DNA of 64,000 nt, taken from Mobula hypostoma. Taxonomy: Eukaryota. Numbering within the stretch: position 1 is the first letter of the stretch; every line of letters begins with the position of its first letter. This document shows positions 12,455 to 23,972 of the stretch, in pieces. The notes under the pieces are model-generated. The model worked only from the letters and a program-made list of their open reading frames with translations, made no database searches and had not been told where the DNA came from. The stretch lies in NCBI RefSeq assembly GCF_963921235.1, contig NC_086117.1, positions 45,508,001-45,572,000 of the forward strand. Reading direction: 5' to 3'. The position numbers and the translations under genes were made by a program.

Positions 12455-13048
12455 TTCCAAGGTTGTCAAGCTGAAGAGTGGTAGTGGGGACAAGCTCCCA
12501 CTACCTATAAGTGTTCCTCACGGCATGCGCTTCAAATAGCCTCTGACAACCAAGTCCAACTCCTGGCCTTCTTGTGTGGCTTAGCCTCTAAGCCCAGCAG
12601 AACTGTTTCTACTGACAGGAGAAGGGGCAAAGGCGGGTCCTGGCACCTTAAAACCAGTGCTTCAGGTAGATGGAGCTCATCAGCCTGGGAAGGCAGTCCA
12701 TCTAAGAGAAGGAAAACTCTGATTTCAAACCACCGCTGCCTTGCGGCCATACCCACTCAGGGGAAAGGCTTCGGGAGTAAACCCTGAGGACAAATCCGGA
12801 GCTGGAGTCCCTAAGGCAGTCCAACGTTGCCTTCAACCTTGTTCTGGTAACTCCTGCGACAACACTGGTGCCAAGCTGTATCGGCCCTTGCCCTTCCCTT
12901 CCCTTGGACAACATCAGTGTCGTGGAGAGGGGAGACTTGCTGCATGGGCAACTGCCGGTCTTCCATACAACCGTACCCAGGTCTGCGCCCTGGAACCCTT
13001 CCAGGAGCAGATCTATTGGTCTCACGAGACTAACGGATGCCACCACCA
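12455..13048 (+). mobile_element. RTE-related short non-autonomous element
   Basis: 3' end GAGACTAACGGATGCCACCACC resembles the RTE tail at ~16680. Shares blocks with 20790-21365 and 33422-33720. Confidence 0.65.
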
Positions 13049-13522
13049 GTTCAGACGATCCAAGGATAAGTGAAGAGCCAGTGTGATTGTATCTACTGTG
13101 TAGATCTATCGTGGTGATAGGTAAATTGCAGCAAGTCCAGGTCCGTGCTTAGGCAGGAATTGATTCTAGCCATCATGAACCTCTCAAAGCACTTCATTAC
13201 AGTAGATGTGAGTGCAACTGGGCAGTAATCATTAGAAATCTCATCCTGTTCTTCTTGGGCACTGATATGATTATCGCCCTTCTGAAGCAGGTAGGAACAC
13301 CAACTGCAGCAGTGAGAGATTGAAGATGTCCTTGAACACTAACACCAGTTAGTTGGCACAGGTTCTCAGTGCCCTACCAGGTACACCGTTAGAGCCTGAT
13401 GTCTTGCAAGGGTTCACCCTCGTGAAAGATGTTCTGATGTCAGCCTCTGAGACAGAAATCACAGAGTCACAAGATGCTGCAAGGATTCACACGAGTGTAG
13501 TTTTATTCTCCCTTTCAAAGCG

Positions 13523-13660
13523 TGTCCTGAAGAAGAGTCTCGGCCTGAAACATCGACTATTTACTCTTTTCCATAGATGCTGCCCGACCTGCTGAGTTCC
13601 TCCAGTATTTTGTGTATGTTGCTTTGGATTTTCATCATCTGCAGATTTTCTTGTGTTTAT
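13523..13660 (+). mobile_element. Penelope-like 3' terminal fragment
   Basis: CCTGAAGAAGAGTCTCGGCCTGAAACATCGACT...ATAGATGCTGCC...GAGTTCCTCCAG, the same as the end of the element at 51620-51760. Confidence 0.8.
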
Positions 13661-14994
13661 GCATAAAAGGCATTGAGCTTATCTGAGGGTGAAGCATCAC
13701 AGCCATTCACGGTGTTAGGTTTTGCCTTGTAAAGAGTAATGGCCTGCAAACCCTGTCAGAGCTGACATGAACCTATATGGACTCTAACTTCAATTGGAAT
13801 CAACCTGGGACCATTCGTGATTTGCTAATTCATGAAGCTCGAAGCAATCAAATCAACATAAAGTTTTTCAAACGTGAGGAAGAAAAATACATTTTTCAAA
13901 AATCAAACGTCTTAAATTTTAAAGCTGAGTTAGCTTGTTTTCAGCAGATACTGCAAGGTCATTGGCACCAGTAAGCAGCTATGGGGAGTGGGGTTAAGTT
14001 TTTGTATTAAATACAACAATGAGCCTTCTTCATTTCAGCTGCAGAGATACCTGGCACTCAAGGCCATTTACTCAAATTCCTCTTAAAAATCTGGCTTGAA
14101 CAGCAACATTTAACAAAAAAAAAGCAATATTTCACCAGAATACAGTTTAGTCCTTAAAGCACACCAACACTGATGAAATTAACTGCTTGCATTAGAATAA
14201 TGAAAAGACAATGAAAACAAAGTTCAGATGTTAAATCTAAATTTATTATTCTTCATATACTAATTATTTTCTGTAAGGACATGTTTCACAACAAATGCAA
14301 TGCATTAGGGAAATTTAAAAATAGTAAATGGCAGCTCGTATAGGCTTCAGTCATTGCCCTCTGCTCAACTATCATTGGGAAATTTATTCAGAAACTAATT
14401 CATACCTTGTCTGTCTTGTGAATATAAAAGGAATATCATAGGTAATCAGACCTGAGAATGTCTGACCAGAGTGTGTTTACAGTTTGTGTGGGAGCTGCAT
14501 TTTAACTGAGCTAGGAATATTTGATGAGGTAGAGTAAAGGAAGGTTTACTTTCCTGCTAACCTGTGACTCACTATTTAGGAAGTGTCTAAGAGAAGAGTG
14601 CAAAGGAGTTTTACTCCATGATGTATCTGTCCTGAACATATTTACTGATAGCTTTATCTTTTATTTTCAATGTGACACAATGATACGTATCCTCAGCAAC
14701 ATTTGATCCCGATATGATGGAGGAAGAGCTCTTCAGCACAGTACAGCAGTGATACTGATATCCAGATACTGTTCTGATCTCAAATTGCAATTAATGAAGC
14801 AACATAGTCACTAGATAAAAATTCTCAGCTTTCTCAATTCCAACCTAGCACAGTCTTACAATACCAAAGTTAAAGAACAAAAATTTCTAATGAAGATAAG
14901 CAACTGAATCATTGCTCATGCATTCTGTGTAGATAGCTGAGCAATGCGCCTTTTCTGGTATTTTCAAAAAAACACATTTGCTCTCAGAACTTAC

Positions 14995-15129
14995 TCTTGT
15001 AACTCCAGTGAATGCTGGTGACTTGGATCTCCTGAGTTGGGATGTACTGTTCCACAAACTTCTTGCCTTGCAGTCTGTGCCATAGTGTGGTCTTTCCTGT
15101 ATTCCTATCACCTCGTATTAGTATCTTCA
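14995..15129 (-). CDS. RABL6: RABL6 coding exon 2 (P-loop)
   Basis: Acceptor ttctgttccag, 135 nt, donor GTAAGT. In phase with exon 1: [45 protein letters not shown], containing GxxxxGKT. Confidence 0.96.
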
Positions 15130-15689
15130 CTGGAACAGAAAACCAGAACGATTAGCTAGTTTGTTAACACAATTTTAATTTCCTAGTTACCATGCCAGAG
15201 TTGTATGGTACAGAAATGGGCCCTCCAGCCCAACTCAAACATGCTAAAGTTGCCTACCTGATATGGGCCATATCCCCCAAACCTTTCCTATCTGTGTACT
15301 CAACAAAATGTATTTAAATGTTGTAATTGTACCCACCTCTACCACATCCTCTGACAGTTTGTTCCATATATCTACTACTCTAAGTGGGAGAAAGTTGCCC
15401 TTCAAGACCCTTGAATGATTTAATCACTTAACTCCTTAAACAAAAGCAACTACAGTGGATTCCAGTAAATCCAGGCAGACACTTACTTGGGACAACTCTT
15501 AAAGAACAAAAAGATTAATCAAGAAAATATCCAGGATTCCCTTTGTTTATTTGGGACACTATGCCACATAATTGGGACAGAAGACTGTTGCTGAACAGTT
15601 TCTAACTAGTGCTTGTGTAGCTGTCAGACACTTTTGGAGAGAGCAATTTTTAAATAGCATCAGTTGTGTGTGCTTGTACTTTATTATCC

Positions 15690-16697
15690 AAGACAGTTAA
15701 GAGTCGTCCTCGAAGCACTTTATTCAGATGACTGTGCTCCAAAGGCCCACACTGAGTGACCTGCAACTGTTTATTGACAGGTTCAGAGAAGCCTCGCGTC
15801 TGTTTGGCCTCACCATCAGTCTGGACAAAACAGAGGCCTTATTTCAGCCTGCTCCTGGATGCAGTGCTGTGCTGCCTTCCATCACTATCGAAGGCACAAC
15901 ATTGAGGGCAGTAAAGGAATTTAAACGCCTCGGCAGTGTCACCTCCAGTGATGGTTCCTTGGATAATGAAATCAATGTCAGGATTTGCAAGGCTGGTCAG
16001 AGCCTGGACTGCCTGAGATCACGTGTGCTAAACAGCATAATAACCAGAGGTCCATGAAGATCCACTTGTACAAGGCTGTTCTCCTCACCAGCCTCCTGTG
16101 TGGTTGTGAAACGTGGACCGTATACAAAAGCAACTCAAACTGCTGGAGCACTTCCACATGAGATCCATTATGGGTATCCACTGGCATGACCGTATCACAA
16201 ACCTGGAAGTCCTCAATAGGGCAAAGACTACCAGTATTGTAGCCATGATCCTGAAAACATAACTTCGTTGGACCAGACAGGTTATACAACTGGAGGACTC
16301 CAGACTCCCTCAGCAGATGCTCTATGACCAGTTATCATGGGGAAGTAAAAACCATGGTAGACCTTGTAAGAGGTAATAAGTCTGCGTGATAGCCAATACT
16401 GCTTATAGTGGGCTTGCTCCCCAGCATCTGGAACATAGGGCAGGAGACAGAACTGGTTGGCGCACCTTGGTTAAACGTGCTCACAGCAACTTAGAAGACG
16501 GGCATCACGCGGAGCTGGGGACTTCCTGACAGAAGAGGAAACCAGCAGCAACAGCTGAGCCATTCCTACAGAATCAGGACAACTCCCTTGTCCCCACTGT
16601 GAATGTCTATGCCGTTCAAGAATTGGCAGCTGAACACACATCAGATGAGCTGCACAAACACAATTGTCATTGTCGAAATTGACGGACAACCAACAAA
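15690..16697 (+). mobile_element. RTE-clade LINE 3' fragment
   Basis: LQLFIDRFREASRLFGLTISLDKTE...LGSVTSSDGSLDNEINVRICKA, and YGCETWT-like sequence downstream. Confidence 0.88.
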
Positions 16698-16869
16698 GCA
16701 AAGGCAAGTGCAGCCCTTGTCTCTGTGTAATACTGGGGTAGTGCACTATCGGGTACAGTTATGTCACTGTACAACACTAGGGTAAAACAGTGGTGAATTC
16801 AGCCTCTGTCACTCTACCTACCAGTGCTCTAGAGAAAGTCTGTAGGACACTAAATGGAGGAACAAATCC

Positions 16870-19390
16870 CCAGGGAGTAAACAATATTCAAGAATGGTAG
16901 GATGCTAACATTCATATTTGAATTATGCTGATATTGACTGGAACAAATTGGGGTCAGAGGCACAGAAGCAGAGGACTCTTTTTGCAACAAAAGAACATTT
17001 TTTTAGATCTTGCGCTGGGACAATCCAAATGGGACAAGTGTCCACAGGAGAACACTTGAGAAACAATGTTTATTGGACCATAGGGGTCAGAATGAAAACA
17101 ACAAGGTATGGAGAGTCTAAAACTAGAACTAAACAGCAGGATGGCTAGCTTCAATGAGATGGCAGAGGACCTGGTCAAGTCAAAGTTGACTGAACTGTTG
17201 GTAGGAAATACCATTACAGGATGATTGGGTGACCTTCAGGTTGTGGGCAAGGTACACTCCTGCAGAGGGGAAGGAATCAAAGAAAGAATGCCCTGGATGC
17301 TGAAGGGAATAGAAGAAGAAATATTATGCAGGTCAGGTGAATATTTCAGTGAGAACCAGGCTGAATCTAGTCAATGGTGAGGGAAAGTGAAAAGAAAAAT
17401 ATGACGACAGCACGAGAAGGAAGAGAGTCTGAAAAGGAAATAGTAGTTAACATTATGGGGAATTGGAAAGCTTACTACAGAAATGTAAATTAGGGTGTAA
17501 AAGGAGCAAGCATTTCAAAAATGAAATCAGGAAAGCCATGAAAAATCCTTGGCAAGTAGGATTAAAGAGAATCCCAAGGCATTCTATACATACATCAAGA
17601 GCATAACTAGAGAGAGGATAGGACCATTCAAGGATAAAAGGGGGAACATTTGCTTAGATGCAGAGGATAGGGGTGAGGTCCTAAATGAATACTTTACATC
17701 AATATTTACCAATGAGAAGGATGTGGAGGATACTGAGATCAGTGCCAAGCGTATTAAAATGCTGTGGCAAAGGAGGAGCTGGTGTTGTATCTCTTAGAGA
17801 ACATTAAGGTGGATGTACCCCCCCCCCCAAGGGCCTGATAGGATGATGGATTATCGAGGGAGGCAAGAGATGAGATTTCTGGAGCCTTGACAAATATTGT
17901 TGTGTCCTCTCTAGCCCACAGGTAAGATCCCAGAGGACTGGCGAGTAGCTAAATGCTCCATTATTCAAGAAGGGAACCAGAAATAATCCTGGAAACTACA
18001 GTCTCATGTCAGTGGAAGGGAAGCTACTAGGGTAAATTCTTAGGGATAGGATTTATGAGCATTTGGAAAACCACAGTCTCATTTGGGAGAATTAGCATGG
18101 CTTAGTGCAAGTCGTGTCTTAATAATCTGATTAAGATTTTTGACGAGAATGATTGATGAAGGTAGAGCCGTGGCTGTTGACTACATGGATTTTAATATGG
18201 TGTTTGACAAGGTCCCCCATGAGAGGATCATCCAGAGATTAAGATGCATGGGATCCATGGTGAATTGACCATTTGGTTTCAGAACTGGCTTGCCCATGGA
18301 AGACAGAAGTAGTAGAAGTAGAAGGAGATAAAATGGCAGAGCAGACTCGATGGGCCGAATGGCCCACTTCTGCTTCTTTGTCTTATGGTCTTATTCTAGC
18401 TGGAGGTTTGTGATTGGTAGTGTTCTCCAGGGATCTGTACTGGGATGTCTACTGTTTGTGATGTATATAAATGACCTGGAAAAAAATGTAGATGGTTGGC
18501 TTAAGTTTGCAGATGATATGAAGATTGGTGGTGTTATGGACAGTTTAGAAGATTGGCAAAGATTACAGCAGATGTGGGCAGAAAAATGGCAAATGGAGTT
18601 TAACCTGGACAAATATGAAGTGTTGTACCTTGGTAGATCAAACAAAGAGACAGTACACTGTTAACTGCAAGACCCTAAACAGTGTTTTTGAGCAGAGGGA
18701 TCTTGGGGGTCCAAGTTCATAGCTCCCTCAAAGTGTCTACACATGAATATTTGATAGGGTGGTTATGAAGGCATTTGGTATGTTTGCCTTCATTAGTCAA
18801 GGCAATGAGTTCAAAAGTTATGTTGCAGTTTTACAGAACTTTAGTTGGGCCACATCTGGAGTATTTCACATAGTACTGACGGCTCCATTATAGGAAAGTT
18901 GACAAGGCTTTTGGAGAGGGTGCAGAAGAGGTTTACCAAGATGCTGCAAGGATTAGAGGGAATGTGCTATAATGAGAGGTTGGAAAAACTTGGGTTATTT
19001 TCTCTGGAGCAGCAAAGGCTGAGTGGAGTTCTAACAGAGATGTATAAGATTATGAGAGGCATAGAGTAGACAGACAATATTTTAATGCCGAGATTGAAAT
19101 GTCAAATACCAGAGGGCATGCATTTAAAGTGAGATTGGGTAAATTCAGGCAAGTCTTTTTTTTAAACCACAGAGTGCTGGGTGCCTGGAATGTGCTGCCT
19201 CGGGTAGTGGTAAAGGCAGATACGTTAGAGATTTTAGATAGGCACGTGAATGTAAGGGAAACAGAAGGATATGGGCACGTTGTGTAGGCAGAAGTGATTA
19301 GTTTAGTGACCATTTGATTACTAATTTAATTGGTTCAGTATACCATAGTGGGTTGATGGCCTGTTCCTGTGCTGTTCTAAGTTCTACGAG
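16870..19390 (+). mobile_element. CR1-type LINE fragments
   Basis: ORF pieces IKENPKAFYTYIK, QGSVLG...FADDMKIGG and LERVQKRFTKML. A short CR1 3' end is inserted at ~18330-18395. Confidence 0.88.
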
Positions 19391-20012
19391 TGGGCTGATT
19401 AAAAAATACAAATGGGGCACTGAATGGTTTTTACGAAAGGAAGAGGTTGCTGCCCAAATCTCAACTATAACATCAGAAAAGTACTCACTAGCATAAGTAA
19501 GCAAGACTCCTGATACAGATAGGATGCAACATCATTGGAAGAGGGAGATGTGGTGGAGACTGCAAAAGGCCTCAACAGAATCTCCCTGGACACAGGGGTT
19601 TTACTTGGAGTGAAAAATAGAAATAGAAAAAAACACATGATTAAAAAGCAACCACAGTCCAGTCCATTTATCCTCATAAGAGGAAATTTTTGGAAACAGT
19701 TATGGAAAATATTAATAAGCACTCCAAGTTCCAAAAATAGTCAGGTCACATTTGATAAAGTCAAGTCACATTTAACGAATTACACTTTTTTTGATAATGG
19801 CGCACCAAAACTGAAGGCAGCATTTGTCAAGGTCCTACATAAAACAGTAGTAAACTAAACCGAAGCTGATAGATTTAAGGAACTAACAGTGGGACTCAGA
19901 GGAAACTGGCCGGAAAGCAGAGTGATGGTATTTGGCTGTCCACTCATCCTGAAGGACAGGAGTCAATGGTACTTAAAGGGTAAATATCAGGATCACTTCT
20001 CCTTTGTCATAT

Positions 20013-20550
20013 ATAATCAGTGGCCACATTATTAGGTACATCTGCTCATTAATGCAAATACATCAGCTAATCATGTGGCAGCAACTCAATGCATAAAAGC
20101 ACGCAGACATAGTCAGGACATTCCATTACTGTTCAGCCCAAACATCAGACCAGGGAAGAAAAGTGATCTGAGTGACCTTGATCGTAGAATGTTGTTGGTG
20201 CCACACAGGGTGGTTTCAATATTTCAGTAGCTGCTGATCTCTTGGGATTTTCATGTACAACAGTCTCTAGAGTTTATAGAAAATGGTGCGAAAAACAAAA
20301 AAAAATCCAGTGAGCGGCAGTTCTATGGCAATAAAGGCCTTGTTAGCGAGAGGTTAGAGGGGCCAGACTGGTTCAAGCTCACAAGAAGGTGACAGTAACT
20401 TAAATAAGCACTTGTTACAAATAGTTGTGCAGAAGAGCATCTCAAAATGCAAAACCTCCAAGTTGATGGGCTACAGCAGCAGAAGACCATGAACATATAC
20501 TCAGTGGCCACATTAGGTAGCTCCTGTACATGAATATATACTGAGTACAC
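20013..20550 (+). mobile_element. Tc1-like non-autonomous DNA transposon
   Basis: TIR-like CAGTGGCCACATTATTAGGTACA at ~20018, repeated at ~20502. Decayed Tc1 N-terminal HTH sequence (GKKSDLSD...ADLLGFS...TVSRVYR). Confidence 0.78.
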
Positions 20551-20789
20551 AGTCATATCTTAGATACAGAAGCACATCAGCATTTCCAAATTTGTGGATG
20601 ACATCAGTCTTGGAACTATGATTTGAAACAGTAAGCAAAATAATGGACTGGAAGACATAATAAACTTCCAAAATAGGCAGATATCATTCAGGAACAGCTT
20701 TTTTTCTTCTGTCATCCAATTCTAAATGGACATTGAACCTATGAACACTACCTACTATTTTTGTTGTGATGCATCTAATGTGGTAGTGT

Positions 20790-21365
20790 AGTGGGTAGTG
20801 CTTGTCACTTGCACTTTCAGCTTCCACCGCTGGCTAGCAATCTTGCGAAAAGGAGAGCTGGATGTGTCTCTCCCTGCCAGTACATAGGCACTTCAACAGC
20901 AAGCTTCATGTAGAACCTCGTTAACGACACCCAAAACAGGACTCAGGCTAAACTCCAGAGGACAGGGAGGAGGTTTGGTCCCTGTACCCATTGCACGCAG
21001 GCCCACCGGTGTGTGGACACGCCCTGGTGATTGTGATCCAGATCCCCACCTATGGGTTAATAGCTCCACTGCCTTGTGGGCAGCCTCGGGAGAGATAAAG
21101 GCTACGGGAGTAAACCCAGGCGGCAGATCCGGAGTGGAGTCCCTAAGGCAGCTAGACATCATTGAGCATCCTTCCAGCAGCTCCTGCAGCCAAGCTGGTG
21201 CCAAACATATCGCTTCACAAGCTTTCCTTTGGACTACACTGGTGAGGTCGAGAGGGGGATCTTGATAACTGGGCATCTCAGGATCTCCATACCTTCCGCC
21301 CAGGCTTGTGATAATGATCATCATCACCCATTGTCCTTTGAGACAGACGGATGACAACCAACCAT
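20790..21365 (+). mobile_element. RTE-related short non-autonomous element, second family
   Basis: Shares GGGAGTAAACCC...ATCCGGAG(C)TGGAGTCCCTAAGGCAG with ~12773-12819. Ends GACGGATGACAACCAACC. Confidence 0.62.
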
Positions 21366-22994
21366 TTAATATACATATATACTTAATGTGATTCATTTTT
21401 TTCCTATATTTATCATGTACTGTATTGTACTGTTGCCGCTAAATTAACAATTTGCGCAACATACACCAGTGATATTAAAGCTAATTCAGATACAATTTAA
21501 CTTAGGTGTGAAGTGATGTACTTTGGAGGAAAGAATAAGCAGAGGCAACATGGGATAAAATGGCACAGCTCGAAAGGAAAGCGTGGAAACAAGGTACCTT
21601 GTAACATGTGCACATCTTTAAAAGTTGCAATACGTGTCAAAAGAATGAATTACAGATTCTAAGGGATTTTGGGAATCATTAAGAGCGGCAGAGTACCAAA
21701 GTAAGGAAATTACGCTGATGCTTAATTAACCGTTGGTTATACCACAATAAGACAGTTGCGGTCATGCATTTCAGGAGCAATGGAGGAGGGACGACAGGTA
21801 TCAGCTGTAATGTTAGAATGGAGAAAATGACAACGCTGTCTCTAATTGCTATTTGAACTATTCCTTCAAATTGTGATAATAATACTGATGTGGACTAGGA
21901 TGCAGTAGTGGTGGGGATAGTTTTATTCCTGCATAAGTCTAGGGTAGACTACTTGTGGGGAGAAGTCAGTCTTAATGTAGAGATCTATCTTGTATACGGT
22001 TCTGGTGGAGACAGGTTGACAGCTGCATGAACGTGGATACAGGCCAGTCTCCATATAACTCCAGGAAAAGGATGTCTATCAGTATAACAGGGGGATACAT
22101 GTGTGCAGTTCCAATAGCCATGGGATTTATTCTTACATTACACTGGCTTGTAGTACCAGTGAGTGCAGGTCTGTGTCTGCATAACCTTGGGCTAAAACAT
22201 TTGTTCTCTGTTCAGTTACAAACATTTATGAGTGAGTCTTTGAGATAGATTACTGGAATAACTATAAATACCAACATTACTTCATTAAATTATAGGACAG
22301 CATGACAACATCAAAACACTTAAAATTAGTGACATTCTGCAGGCAAGCTCTGTTTTGTCCTTTATCTCCTTCCAGTTCCCATTATGGCATAAATGCACTA
22401 AAAGCAAGCAAACTGCTCTGTCATATTCCAGACAACTGACAGCTAGAGGCTAATGGTGTAACATTAATCTCTGCCAATGCCTGATTTTACATCTAATTGA
22501 ATGCCCTCAGAACTTCCAACATCTTAGCCAAGATGTAGCAATTAATTTAGCCGTTTTCCAAGTTGGAAAGTGTGAAGGTGACAGGTAGAAAGTTTTGACC
22601 CAGAAAGTTTGCGCTGACTGAAACTGATCCACGGCCAATGCAGTAATTAGAAAACTGGATTCTCCACTCACAGACAAGACTGCAGAAGGACACTCTTGCA
22701 CATATTACTCAAAGCCCCAGAGTCCTCCAGCAGCACACCTCCACCCTCGGGCATACCCGTTATTCTCTCCATCCTTGAACTTTCTGCACTGGGCAAACAT
22801 CTCAGCACCTTGTCCAAGCACCAATCACACTCATTTCTCCAATACCACTCAGCCTTGACACTTGCCACTGAAAGGCGCCATTCCCTCTCTTAATTTACCT
22901 TTTGTCCTTATCCAAATTAATCCATGCCACTGATCCAGCTGTTGCTATATTTTTTTTGACTCCGGTTCACTTCAATAACTTGTTCACAACATAC

Positions 22995-23275
22995 ATTCCA
23001 TATAACCATATAACAATTACAGCACGGAAACAGGTCATCTCGGCCCTTCTGGTCCGTACCGAACTCTTACTCTCACCTAGTCCCACCGACCTGCACTCAG
23101 CCCATAACCCTCCATTCCTTTCCTGCCCAAATATAACTTTAAATGACAACATCGAACCTGCCTCAACCACTTCTGCTGGAAGCTCGTTCCACTCAGCTAC
23201 CACTCTCTGAGTAAAGAAGTTCCCCCTCATGTTACCCCTAAACTTTTGCCCTTTAACTCTCAACTCGTGTCCTTG
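22995..23275 (-). mobile_element. CR1 3' end
   Basis: GHELRVKGQKFRGNMRGNFFTQRVV and a (TTATATGG)n tail. Confidence 0.85.
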
Positions 23276-23553
23276 ACCATTGTCCCCAAACACAGGTCCA
23301 ATGGCCTCTGAGACCCTTGGCTACTGACCCACCACCCTTTCTTTACACAAGCCCCAGGAATTCTGCTACACCTGGCTCCAAACCCCTCTCCCTTGGCCCC
23401 AATTCCCACTATCCTTGATTTCGGCCCTAGGGTTTCTCACACAGTGGTTCCAACCTCCACCACCCTTGGCCAATCTCCACAGTTGAGGCACCCCGACCTC
23501 CGGACCCTGTCCCACCCCACCACCCCTGTTCCCCAGTTCCCGGCCACACTCAC

Positions 23554-23683
23554 TGTTGTACTGCACTCCCTTGGCAAATCTCCGCTGCAGACTTTGGTTC
23601 ATGCTCTGGAGCCCGACCGGGATGGCCCGGTCCTTGCCCGGGACCTGCTCCGTGCCCACCAGCTTCTTCAGAGCCGAAAACAT
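23554..23683 (-). CDS. RABL6: RABL6 (RBEL1) coding exon 1
   Basis: ATG at 23683. Translates MFSALKKLVGTEQVPGKDRAIPVGLQSMNQSLQRRFAKGVQYN, closely matching the recalled human RABL6 N-terminus. 130 nt, then a GTGAGT donor (phase 1), inside a CpG island. Confidence 0.96.
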
Positions 23684-23875
23684 ATTGCCGGGGAGGCAGC
23701 CTCGACCCCGCGACTGGGACCGAAGCCGAGGACGAACAACCACAGCTTCCACTCCAATAGCGGCACATCAACACGGCAGGCCCGGCGTCGCGGCTCGGGG
23801 TCAGGGGGCGGAGGGAAAAACTCGTGCGCCTGCGCAGTCGGCACGGACACGCGAAGGTACCCGGCACGCTCACAC

Positions 23876-23972
23876 TGCGCCTGCTCATCTCCGCCCTCTG
23901 CCGGCTCTTGTGCCGGGATTGCGCCTGCCCATCTCTGCCCTCTGCCAGCTCTTGCGCCGGGATTGCGCCTGC
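23876..23972. repeat. 44-bp tandem repeat (2.2 copies) in the RABL6 promoter
   Basis: Units start at 23876, 23920 and 23964, each beginning TGCGCCTGC. Confidence 0.9.

Larger units (their letters stand above)
7600..13810 (-). mobile_element. Rex1/Babar-type LINE broken by nested insertions
   Basis: Colinear pieces at ~7600-8110 (FYRYTVESILTCCITIWY, LLPSRRRYKSL), 11040-11115, 11365-11575, 12225-12450, 13050-13520 and 13660-13810. Confidence 0.75.

Noticed and set aside
12461-12551. Hammerhead reading of CTGAAGAG...CAAA-TAGCC-TC inside the GGTTGTCA/TGACAACC stem
   Set aside because: No GAAA directly follows a plausible stem II, so it is kept only as a structured region.
15452-15680. Possible Tigger/pogo-type MITE starting TA-CAGTGGATTCC
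   Set aside because: I found no convincing matching right TIR, and the element is cut by the RTE insertion.
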